In this document: piece by piece, positions 26,267 to 37,184 of the stretch | Layout: each line of letters begins with the position of its first letter | Numbering within the stretch: the first letter of the stretch is position 1 | Assembly (NCBI GenBank): GCA_964234715.1 | Contig: OZ174275.1 | Reading direction: 5' to 3' (one strand) | DNA length: 64,000 bases | Origin: Podarcis melisellensis | Lineage: Eukaryota | Position numbers and translations under genes: made by a program | The notes under the pieces: generated by a model | What the model saw: the letters and a program-made list of their open reading frames with translations, nothing else | What the model was told of the DNA's origin: nothing | Databases searched by the model: none

Positions 26267-28536
26267 AATCCCAATTCACCACGTCACAGAAGATGCTGCT
26301 GTATTTGTCCTATCAGTGTCAACTAGAACTGTCAATACACTTGACATATGTGCAATGCTGTTTTAAAGTGTCATCAGTTAATTAATCAGTGCTGATTATT
26401 TATTTATACTTCAAGCGTTTCTCCCACATCACAATAAGCTAAGTGCAAGATAGAAAAAAGAAGTGATCCTGCATGTATGCCTTGATAACGTGTTGGAGAA
26501 AGGCTATTCCAGGTCTCATGATATCGTTCAAATGAAAAGCACTGAGACAGAGGGAATTTCATACGATTCTGGCACATAGCCATAGCTCTTGTATTGCAAC
26601 CATGCCCTGGTGTCCTGAGGGCAGAAGGCCTCTGTTGCCTATTAACATAAATATTATTTGCATATGCAAAACCAATGAATCTGGTGGGGTTTTCTAGCCT
26701 CCATTGTTATACACCTTTCATGTTTTGTTTCAAGAAAACAGTGTTTTTATTTGGTCTGCTTCCAGGGAAATCATCCTTGTCATTGTCACTGACACCTGGA
26801 GTGACACAAGAAATCCAGTCAAAAGACCTTGAATTCTGTGAGGCACCTTTAGGCTTTCTTTCCAAGTACTACAGCTGTTAAAAGTTTGTTAATTAAAATG
26901 GTGAAATATGTTAGGAGTAGATGCAAATGAGATTAAAACTAATTAGATTTGACGTGCATCTGCTTCAAAAGCAGCCTGCATAGAAGGTTTTGTTTCCTAA
27001 ACCATCTCCTACCTTCACGCAGTTGCATTAAGATTCATATATTCTGTGCAAATATAATGCACCAAGCAAAGTTAAGATGAGCCAAGAAACAGTTCCAGAA
27101 ATGCCACTGGTTTCTATAAAATGCAGATTGTATACCTTTATTCATTACATTCTTAGAAGTCCACCTTTGACTTCAAAAAGCTGTTTTTCTCAATCTTTTT
27201 CTTAGGCCTGGAACCATAGATTTTACTTTATTTTTGGCTTATGTATCTGAAAAGGAGAAATAATGTGTCCATGTGCACTATTGCGCCACTCATCAGCCCC
27301 TCACTGTGTTCAGTATAAATGTTTGTGCTTGTTTTTAATGTATTTGATTGCTCTTCTGCCTTGGGCTTCACAGTCCAATGAAAGCACTGATGGGTAGGAA
27401 AACTATCTACTCATATACTGAACAAGACATTTACTTTATAAACTTGAGCAGCTAATGCTTTTAAAAAGCAGCTAATAAAGACTCTGGGTAAAATAGTGTT
27501 GGAGACAACCCTATGCACCCAACCAGTCCTCTCTTATATGCAAACACAAAACCACAGACTGACTCAGTTTGGGTCCTATGTACATAATCTCACCCCATTC
27601 TTGTTGTTTCTTTCCCTCCTTGCACCCACTAAATTTGTACTCTACTTTTCTACCCAACAGTGCTAACAACAATCATGCAAATACAATAAAATGCAGCTAA
27701 AAATCAATAAAAGGCAATGTAAAAAAATCTGCTAAATCTCTTCAGATTTTTCAATACATACTTGTACTCTTAAGAGTACATCTGCCTAGGTGCATCTGCT
27801 GATAACAGATGTATTCCTACACAGTAACTGATGACAGAGTAACATGCAAGCCTAGATAGGAATTTTTTTTTGGGGGGGGAGTAACCTTATTGCCTGCAAA
27901 ACATAAGTGTGTGGTTGAGAGTACTTAACTATGAAATCTATCCCCCCCCCAAAAAATAATAATCAACACAATGATTCACTGTGGACCCTGAACCAACATT
28001 AGCTTTGCTGCATTATAAGTAGTTGGTGCAAACAGAGCTACTAATATTATGGAGTGTGTGTGCTAAATGCTGTTGCAGTTGAACAGACTGAAGCACTAGA
28101 AACCATCCAAATAGTTACATTTCATAGTTACTTAACTTACAGAGATAAAAGCCCTCTTCCAGTTATGGGGCATCCTACAAATGCCATTAATAAAGGACAT
28201 AGGCAATTTTTTTTAAAATGGCAGTAAGGGTCCCAAGAACATAGTCTGGTGGTACATGATGCAGCCCCTTTGGAGTTAAGCAGGTCTGAGTTGGCCAGTC
28301 CCTGGGTGGGTGATCGCCGTTGGCACTGTCCACAATGCCCAGGACCTACCACTGCTCCAGAGCTTTCTGGTGGAAAATGGCAGCTGCCAACTTGCCCCCC
28401 TCCCCAAATGGTAGAGAGTGTATAAAGAAAATTCTGCAAAGTGGCCTTATACTGGGGGGATGAAAACAAAAAGCTCAAACATTCCCAGAAATTGTCTTCT
28501 GAAATTTTTTTGGCTCAACTCTCATATTGTCCAATA

Positions 28537-28762
28537 CAGTGGTACCTTGGGTTACATATGCTTCAGGTTACAGACTCCGCTAACCCAGAAATAGTGCTTC
28601 AGGTTAAGAACTTTGCTTCAGGATAAGAACAGAAATCGTGATCCGGCGGCGCAGCGGCAGCAGGAGGCCCCATTAGCTAAAGTGGTGCTTCAGGTTAAGA
28701 ACAGTTTCAGGTTAAGAACGGACCTCCAGAATGAATTAAGTACGTCACCAGAGGTACCACTG
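28537..28762. mobile_element. Tc1/pogo (Tigger-like) MITE
   Basis: TA|cagtggtacct...aggtaccactg|TA, with internal cttcaggttaagaac repeats. Confidence 0.88.
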
Positions 28763-30274
28763 TATGTAGGTTGTCCATAAGACCCTAAGCTTCTAAATCC
28801 TTCCTGAAGCTTAATTGATTTTGCCTCCATTAATCTGCCCAGAGAAGGCATTTTACATTTCTATGGAAAGTCCACTATTATCCAGGCTCACAAACAGTAA
28901 GAAACCAAAGAATCATATTGCACCAGAGTTTATATAAAGAGCTCCATTGCTAACTCAAGACATGTTCCTCCCTGAGGGGAAGGATAAGATGGTGCATTTC
29001 CATGCAGACTGGAAGTTGACTCTTACTTCGAACACCAGTGATACAACAGGTCCCTCCACTACACCTGAGGGCAGAAAGCTAGCTCAGAGCAATGTAGGCT
29101 GCATGGCGCACCAGGCACTGTCTTCCCCCAAGCACCTACCACCCGAGGCAGCTGTCTTAGTTTGCCTAATGGTAGGGCTGGCCCTAACAAACTTTTTTTC
29201 CTTTTAATTTATTCTAACTTACTTTTCTTCAGTGAAAGCTGAAAAGCAGACAATCACACAAGATATTTTTTTGACCTTCTGTTATTTATAATGCATAATC
29301 ACAAAGTGCACATGAAATCCGATTGAATCTACTGATGGTGGGTGTAAGGGAACTGCTGATAAATAATAGAGAGCAGTGATACTGCCTAATCTAAATGGAT
29401 TTGGAGACGTAAGTGGCTATGATGAAGCATTTGTCTGCAAAGTAACAAACCAAATTAGTGTACATTTTAAATTAAACCATTATACAGCTTAGGGGAAGAG
29501 CTGCAATAAAGAGCTATTATGGAAAAAATGTTAAAGCTATCAGTCTGTTGTCAAACTGCAGTGCAAAAGGTTAACAAAATGCAGATTTGAAACAAAAAAA
29601 GAGGAAAGGAAACGATACTACTAATCTTTGTATTTATTGTTTTTACCCATGTCTGCAAAATTGATTTCATTGCAGCTTAGCTATTCAGGCAGTTTCAACT
29701 GGCTGTGGGTATTTTACTAATATAGTTCTGTGATAAGAAAAGTTGGCTTTGCTATAAGCAATTTTAATGCAAAAGCCAACAAATCATACTGCCAAATGGT
29801 TTTATAGCTTAAGCCTGGATCTCAGCCTCTTACATTCGATTTAATAGAGCCGTGTGATCAATTTTGTCATTTGGGGATGAATCTAGTTCAGTTGACCTTG
29901 GAAGCTTGTGGGTTCCCCCCTTAATTTTGAGAGATTGGGGGCACTCAAGAACTTGAGTGGTGACATGAGACAGAATTGTTGCAGCGTCCAGATCAAGTGA
30001 TAAAGCCGAGGCAATCAAGCAGGTCTTGGCAGCAAGAGAAATAGCAAGTGATTTCAAGCATATTTTTAAAATGGTGATTCAGTGATTGAAAACAGTTTAC
30101 TTGCAGGTGGTCCTACAATGAGCACAGTGTTAGTCAGGATTTTCCTGGAACTTTTCTTTTTCTTTTTGTCATGAGCTAGAAAGAAGCTTGTCTCAGCAGC
30201 AGCATAACCAGATGAAACAGAAATCTTAAATTTCAGCATGGGGATGATTCTTACCAAAGTTGAAAGGTTCTCAC

Positions 30275-30450
30275 TTAAGGACACAAGACGAGTTCAGCAG
30301 GATCACACCAAAGGCCCATATAGTCCAGCATTCTGTTTCTCACAGTGGCCTATGGAAAGCCTACTGGCATGACATGAGGTCAATAACCCTCTTCTGCTGT
30401 GATTCTCCAGCAACTGGTATTCTGAGACTTATTGCCTCTGATTCTGGAAG
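30275..30450 (-). mobile_element. CR1 3' end remnant
   Basis: ggatcacaccaaaggcccatatagtccagcattctgtttctcacagtggcc...ccagcaactggtatt; the reverse complement of the family at 14305. Confidence 0.6.
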
Positions 30451-30688
30451 TTCGGGTTTTGTATTTTATTTTTCTTACCCCAGTGAGCATCACTTTAAAC
30501 TTATACATCAAGCTTCATTGGCCCATTTAATTGGCCCAATAACCCAGTCTGGAATTTATCTTGAAGCTGATTGCAGTTCCTTTCAGTGCAAGACTTTATT
30601 GAAATAATACACTGAATTTTAAAAGCGTTTATTTGGGTTCCCTTTTCAGCTCTTATTATAATCTCAACTGTGTCAATGCAGGCTAAAC

Positions 30689-30802
30689 CAGCCTTACCAA
30701 ACCTAGATACTCTACAGATGCTTTAGACTACATTCCTAGCCAATGCCTATGCTGGCTGATGATGATGGGAGTTCTAATCCAAAATGTCAGTTGGGAAAGC
30801 TG
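30689..30802. mobile_element. hAT MITE
   Basis: cagccttaccaa...ttgggaaagctg termini and perfect 8-bp TSD GGCTAAAC (30681-30688 / 30803-30810). Shares the gactaca...gatgggagtt core with 19070. Confidence 0.8.
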
Positions 30803-30940
30803 GGCTAAACTATCAGCTTTTATTGTGAGAAGGGGTTTGTCCCTTTGCCATACTTGCATACCGCATAGGCCTCCTCTAATTGTTGTTAGCAATAGTCATT
30901 CAGTGAGCTAGTTCAGGCATCAAGCCAAAATTAAACCAGG

Positions 30941-30988
<48 letters not shown>

Positions 30989-30990
30989 TA
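30941..30990. repeat. (ATT)n microsatellite
   Basis: Uninterrupted ATT run. Confidence 0.95.
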
Positions 30991-32776
30991 AAAATCACAC
31001 TTAAACCACAGGTCATTTCACAGACGATAAAAAACATTCTGGCTTGTTTTGTGAGAGTTTGGCTTGTGTCCCCCCCCCCCCTGTCTACTTCCTGCCTTTT
31101 TCATATTTCATGAAAACCTTTGCAGTATCCTACCACTGGCACTGCATCACTGCATCACTGCATCACCATATCTCCTTCCCATTGACTAGCTGCAAAATCA
31201 AGGGTATGGAAATCTTCCTGGCATTCTGTGCCAGCTCTTGCCAACAGCTGGCTGTTGCTACAAGATCTTGGCATTTCTTGAACCTTTCCTTCCACTGCTC
31301 ATCTTTATCCTCCAATCACTCTTAACATTGCACTGTAACATAATTTCTTCCCCGTTTTATAGCACCCACATCACCCCCCCCCCTTCTTCGTGAAGGCTTC
31401 CTATGTGAATGTATCTCGGGGAGGAGGGAGTCACAATCTAACTTCATTGCAAACTGCAAAAAACAAAAACATGGAGAGGGGAGAGACTCGTTTTCTTTCA
31501 CAGGCGAGATTCTGTGCCCCACAACTTGACACTTGTCTCCTGAGGGAAAGAGATGAAGGGTTGAACTACAGTGTGTGTGCATATATATAGGTTTAGGGAA
31601 TGTCCCAAGGGAAATTATTGTAGAGGTGCTGCTGCTCCAGCTAACATCACATCACCACCTATTTCACCCCATCTCCTATCTGTCTTTCGTGAGCTGGGGC
31701 TTCCAATATGATTTGAACTCTCCCTCCCCTTCTACTGTTTAGAATTCAGCTTTGGGGCTTTCTGGCATGCTTAGAATTCAGCCTGGCCACAGGGCCCACT
31801 AAGCTTAATGGAATTTACTTCAGAGTAAACATGCACTGGATTGTGATGTAATATGGATAGGGGAGGGAAGTAGTGAAGACAACAGAAATGGTGCTTTGAA
31901 GCCACGGCAGGGAGGAGAGAATCCCTCAAATGGCTGCTTATGGGGAAGAAACCTAAGATAAATTTGTCGATAGGGGGATCAGCATATACCTTAAATAACT
32001 TATCAAGTTGGCTGTTCAGTGGAGGTATTTGTCTTGCTCTTAAAACATTTTTAGGAGCCCCATGCTCACGTACACAGGCATGACTTGTAAAATGTTAACA
32101 ACAGGCTTTTAAACTTTTATTTTATTTTAAAAATAACTAAAGTGAAAGCTAGTCCTCGTGGAGAACAGCCTCTTTAACTTTCCTCCAGATGTTCATCTCC
32201 ACTCTGTGCCCTGGCTGTGTAAGGAAGGCAAGTCACGGTGGGGAAAGGTACCTGTCTCCAGACAGACTTAGCAGTGGTGTCATCTTCAGTGACATGTCTA
32301 GTGGTAGCAGTTGAGCATGGAGAGTAGTTCAACTTTTCAGTCACTGTTCTCTAGCATCTCAGGCTTGAAGGACAAACAAATAAACCACACTTAAACTGTG
32401 ATTTTAAAAACTTACCAGGTTCAAACGTAATGCTAAATCATAGTTAAGGTCAGTAAGCTACGGCTTATTTTTACTAACAAATCAGTAGGCCTAGTATGCA
32501 CATAATGTGAAACCATAGTTTATCAACTTAAGGTTTATTTAAACCATAGTTTAGTGTTATGTACGGACCAGACCAATGTGAAGAACCAATGAGTTGACAG
32601 AAATATAGGACTCCTAAGCAACAATCACTTGCTTGAAATGCCTAACCCTCCTAGTTCCCATGTAACTTTCCAAATACACCATTCCAAGACAGATGACCTT
32701 CAGACTATTAATTAGATAAATATCTCAGTGTTAAGATAATTTTCACTTTTCTGTCTTTCCTACATTTTTATTTTAG

Positions 32777-32955
32777 GTTATGTTGAACAGCCTTGTATGG
32801 TACCTTGTCCATTTGATTGCAAATTAAGTGACTGGTCTAGTTGGGCCCCTTGCAGTTCGTCTTGTGGAACAGGAGTGAAAATCCGGTCCAAGTGGCTTAA
32901 GGAGAAGCCTTACAATGGAGGACGTCCATGTCCAAAACTGGATCCTAAGAATCAG
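32777..32955 (+). CDS. THSD7B: THSD7B internal coding exon (179 nt, phase 1-0)
   Basis: Long pyrimidine tract, ttttag|GT acceptor and AATCAG|gtgagg donor. Encodes (G)YVEQPCMVPCPFDCKLSDWSSWAPCSSSCGTGVKIRSKWLKEKPYNGGRPCPKLDPKNQ. PCPFDCKLSDWSSW and KWLKEKPYNGGRPCPKLD are THSD7B-type (THSD7A recalled as PSDCKLSEWSNW). Confidence 0.95.
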
Positions 32956-34364
32956 GTGAGGTATATCAAGAAACCAGTAGGACACTTTTACAGGGTATCA
33001 GATACATTTAGGGCATTCTCTGGATGATATAAACAAGACAGCTTCCCTTTAGTAAATATACTCCCTCACCTGGTCATACTTTTTCCTAGGAATACATATT
33101 GATACAGCCTTTCATGTTTATTTCAGAGTTCCTTCCTTATTCTCAAAAATACTCCAGTCTCTTTGGCACTGTGAGTAAATATTTATATCATGTTTCCGCT
33201 GTATCTCACAAATCACTAATAACAGAGTGCAATCAGCGAGACTCACTTAAAATAGTCTGTGAAGATTGATTCTTTGAACCTATTCTTCATTATTTCCCTC
33301 CCCCCAACAAATTCAATTCCACTCTGTTCTAATAAGTTTCTATCTGACAATTACAAGGTAATTTTCTAGTGTATACTCTTATTAGGAGAAGACACAGATA
33401 TAAATGAGAATATTCAGATGGAAAATTAGGAGTAAAATATTTTTCAATTAATGTTGCAATTTAATGTAATAAAGGAACTTGGCAGTTAATGCAGGCAGGA
33501 GAATGTATGGACTCATACAATTAAAAATGTTTAATGCTTTTAAAGTCTATTGAAAGAAACTCAGTATCCTACTCTTTGTGCTGGTTATTTCTAAAGAAGA
33601 TGTGTTAGTATTTCCTTCATTTCATCTTTTCTGTTTCTAATACAAGCATACTCAGGAATGTCACTTGCAGAACTTTGACTGTAGCGTGCAGGTTATCTTA
33701 ACATTAAGAAAGCAAAGAAAGTATGAAAAGTGATCTAATATTACAGTCCTACAGATGCTGGAAATAAGCAACATGGAACACATTGTGACTTACTACTGCA
33801 CTGTGTTCATTCTGCCTCTGGTCATGGTTTCGCTTTGGTAATGCTTTGCACAAAATAAGAGCTGCTTGCATGGGATGCACTTTTACACAACCTATTTAAA
33901 AGCAAGGTGCAATTCAAATAGCCTTTATTTCTTAGGCTTGGTTCATGCTGCACCCTGGCAGGTAGTTATGATGAAGAATCTTACTTATTGGAATTCAAGC
34001 TGAATACCCTGGGTTAGGGGCTTTAATTCTGATATTTTTCCCACAGTAGTTTGTATACAGTGAACCTGACGCTTGTGACCTCCCCCCACCATGCAGAGAA
34101 CTGTTGGTGTGAATTATGCACATACGTTCTGGTCACACAATTTGTCCATTGTGGAAGAGGTGCAGGCAGATCATAAAAGCAAGGCCTTGTTCTTTATGCA
34201 CAAACATACTTTGAACCCTGGTTCATCACAGAAATTTGGGGGAAGGTATGTCAAATTTGAGGCTCACTTTTGCATTCAGGGTTATATCCAATGCTTCTCC
34301 TATTCAGAGCAGACCCATTGACGTTAATGGCCCTAACTAATTTAGGTTCGTTAGTTTTAACATG

Positions 34365-34980
34365 TCTTCTTCTTCTTCTTTGGCGATCACTCATACCCAA
34401 ATAAGATTGTCTTCCATGAACACAGTCTTAACAGTGTCCATAGGTGACCGCGGAGGCCAATTCTGGAGCCACATGTCCTTCCACAGTGGGGACATAGGTT
34501 TCCGGGCAGGAGTTAATCATGGTGAGGGTTTGCCAAACGCGCCTTCCTCTTAGCACATATCTCCCTTTCATTCTATTCTCCAGTTGGAGTGCTCGCAGGC
34601 CAATGTTTTCCAATTGTTGGTGTTTATACTACATTTTTTTATAGATTTACCTTGAGACAGTATTTAAACCTCTTTTGTTGACCACCAGCATTACGCTTTC
34701 CATTTTTAAGTTCGAAATAGAGTTGTTGCTTTGGAAGACAATAATCAGGCATCCGAACAACATGAGCAGTCCAACGAAGTTGATGTTGAAGAATTATTGC
34801 TTCAACACTGGTGATCTTTGCTTCTTCTAATACGCTGACATAAGTTCGCCTGTCTTCCCAAGTGATATGTAAAATTTTTCGGAGGCACCATTGATGGAAT
34901 CTTTTGAGGAGATGGAGATGGTGTTTACACGTGGGCCATGTTTCACAAGCATATAGTAAGATTGGTAGTACAATAGCTAG
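34365..34980 (-). mobile_element. RTE-clade LINE 3' fragment (non-BovB)
   Basis: ORF AIVLPILLYACETW...RFHQWCLRKILHITWEDRRT...QLRWTAHVVRMPD...LPKQ...GKRNAGGQQKRFK is the post-RT domain typical of RTE elements. (GAA)n tail at 34365-34380. Confidence 0.88.
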
Positions 34981-36594
34981 CATACAGTAAAGTTGGTAGT
35001 ACAATACCAACCCTCAGCGAAGCACAGTTTAGGCAATTGTCCAGGCAACTCTAGCAGTCTAAATGCTGAGCTAAATGATCAGCCAAGCTAGAAAACTAGT
35101 TTTCTGTCTCAGTGGCAAGCGAATAGAACAGGAACACAACTCTCTGCCACCTAAAGTGAGGGGAGAGACATTGTCACACCTCCACCTTTTCTTTCTCCCT
35201 TCCCTTTGCCATGTCTGGTCTCCCTCTTCTTTCCCTCCCAGCTGCTGCTTCTGTCACTGCTGCACCTCAACCCACATCATGGCCCACTTATATTTGTTTG
35301 GTTTTGCCTCTGCAGTGGCCACAATGCCAATGAGGTTTTCTCCTCTATTCTTTCTTGGTTCACTTTGAGAAAGGACTAAAGGAGAAGGCCATTCCTAACA
35401 GCAGACATTCCTGGCAAGGTGGCTAGGTGACCTCTTCTTGGGCACAGCACCTAGAAGCTTTGTTTAAAGTTAGATAAACTTGTAAAGTTACTTGAAAGTA
35501 ACTTTAATGTTTTGCCTAACCTGCTGCTCACATCCTTTCTCAGAGCATACCAGGATGGGGAGGGGAGAATGGTGGTAGTCCTGCAGACACCTCTCATCCA
35601 TGCAAAGATTCTGTAGGTCCACCTTGACTGGCAGCAAGACAAGAGAGCAGTGTCCCATAGGATACCAATCCCTCCAAAACACACATGCTTGCTGCCTGAA
35701 ACAATGGCGTGAAATTGCTTTGTGATTGGGCCACCTCTGCAAGTGAATATAATGTGAGGTACGGTCATCACATGTTATTCAAACTCTGCTTTGAAAAGCT
35801 GGATTCAAATTGGCCTTAATGTTATCTGCAATCTTTCCATTTTCTACAGCTAGGTTTAGACAAAGTTTTGAAGTTTCTTATTGCTTTCTTACATATTAAC
35901 ATACATAAGCAATAGTATAATAGAAACAGAGCCCAAGGAAATATGATGATGCTCAATAAGATAAATAATGCCCATATCTCAGTACTTTCCCTCATAAATC
36001 TGGGAGATCACCTAACAGGTAAAATGAAACTCCACTGTAAATAATGCACAGATGATAAGCTTGAGGAAGATATAGTAAGGCACATCATCCACAAACATGG
36101 CAGAATATTTATGTCAAAATTCAAACACATTTTTTGTCAGCTTTCTAATTTCAAAATTGGTTTAGCACCTCTTTGAATGGAATTCTTAAATTTAATGGTA
36201 GATAAACTTCATGGGAAACTATGAGACAGACACAATAGTGTTCTGTATGTCTTCATCTAGACCAATGAGACACATGAAGATTTATTTCTGTTTTGGAATC
36301 GTGCCTATTGATAGCAAATTCTGATATCTTCCAGATTGCCATTAGATTCTATTGCTACCCTAAGAGTAGGAAACATAATAGCATAATGAATACCATTTCT
36401 TATGTTCTGTCGGGATGCACATATTGGCTTTGAAGTGCAACAGAGGAATAATGTTGACAACTGGATTTTATAAATTGAGTTGATACTTATATTGTGTACC
36501 CCTTTAGAAAGCTGAGAGCAGCTTATATGAAGATGCTAGTGATCTCCACACTTCCTTAGCTTCACCTTTCCTTCAGAGATGGGTACTTTTAGAC

Positions 36595-36750
36595 CAGGGT
36601 AGCTAAAGCCAGGTTGTGCAGGTGTTGTTGGACACCCATCAGTCTTGGCCACTGGCTGGGCAGCTCCCATCAGTCTTGGCCACTGGCTGGGCAGGCTGGG
36701 GCTGATGGGAGTTGGAATCCCTTTGGAAGGCAGCACATTGGCTACCGCAT
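36595..36750. mobile_element. hAT MITE with internal 29-bp tandem duplication
   Basis: Same core family. cccatcagtcttggccactggctgggcag is repeated at 36635-36663 and 36666-36694. Confidence 0.65.
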
Positions 36751-36834
36751 CCTAATCCATTCACATTCATCAAGAATGTATACATAGATAGAGTATTCTA
36801 CTATACTTTATTAATTCTAGTACTATCCTCAACA

Positions 36835-37184
36835 AGGACGCGGGTGGTGCTGTGGTCTAAACCACAGAGCCTAGGGCTTGCCAATCAGAAGGTCGGCGGT
36901 TCGAATCCCTGCGATGGGGTGAGCTGCCGTTGCTCGGTCCCTGCTCCTGCCCACCTAGCAGTTCTAAAGCACGTCATAGTGCAAGTAGTCAAATAGGTAC
37001 CGCTCCGGAGGGAAGGTAAACTGTGTTCCTGTGCGCTGCTCTGGTTCGCCAGAAGCAGCTTAGTCATGCTAGCCACATGACCCGGAAGCTGTACGCCGGC
37101 TCCCTTGGCCAGTAAAGCGAGATGAGCACTGCAACCCCAGAGTCGTCCATGACTGGAACTAATGGTCAGAGGTCCCTTTACCTT
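36835..37184 (+). mobile_element. Sauria SINE, full length, with TSD
   Basis: Same family as 16584 with an intact ggttcgaatccc B box and an acctttac tail. 14-bp TSD tactatcctcaaca (36821-36834) / tactgtcctcaaca (37185-37198). Confidence 0.93.

Noticed and set aside
27763-27780. Perfect 18-bp palindrome tgtactcttaagagtaca
   Set aside because: Roughly expected by chance once in 64 kb of AT-rich DNA; no supporting context.
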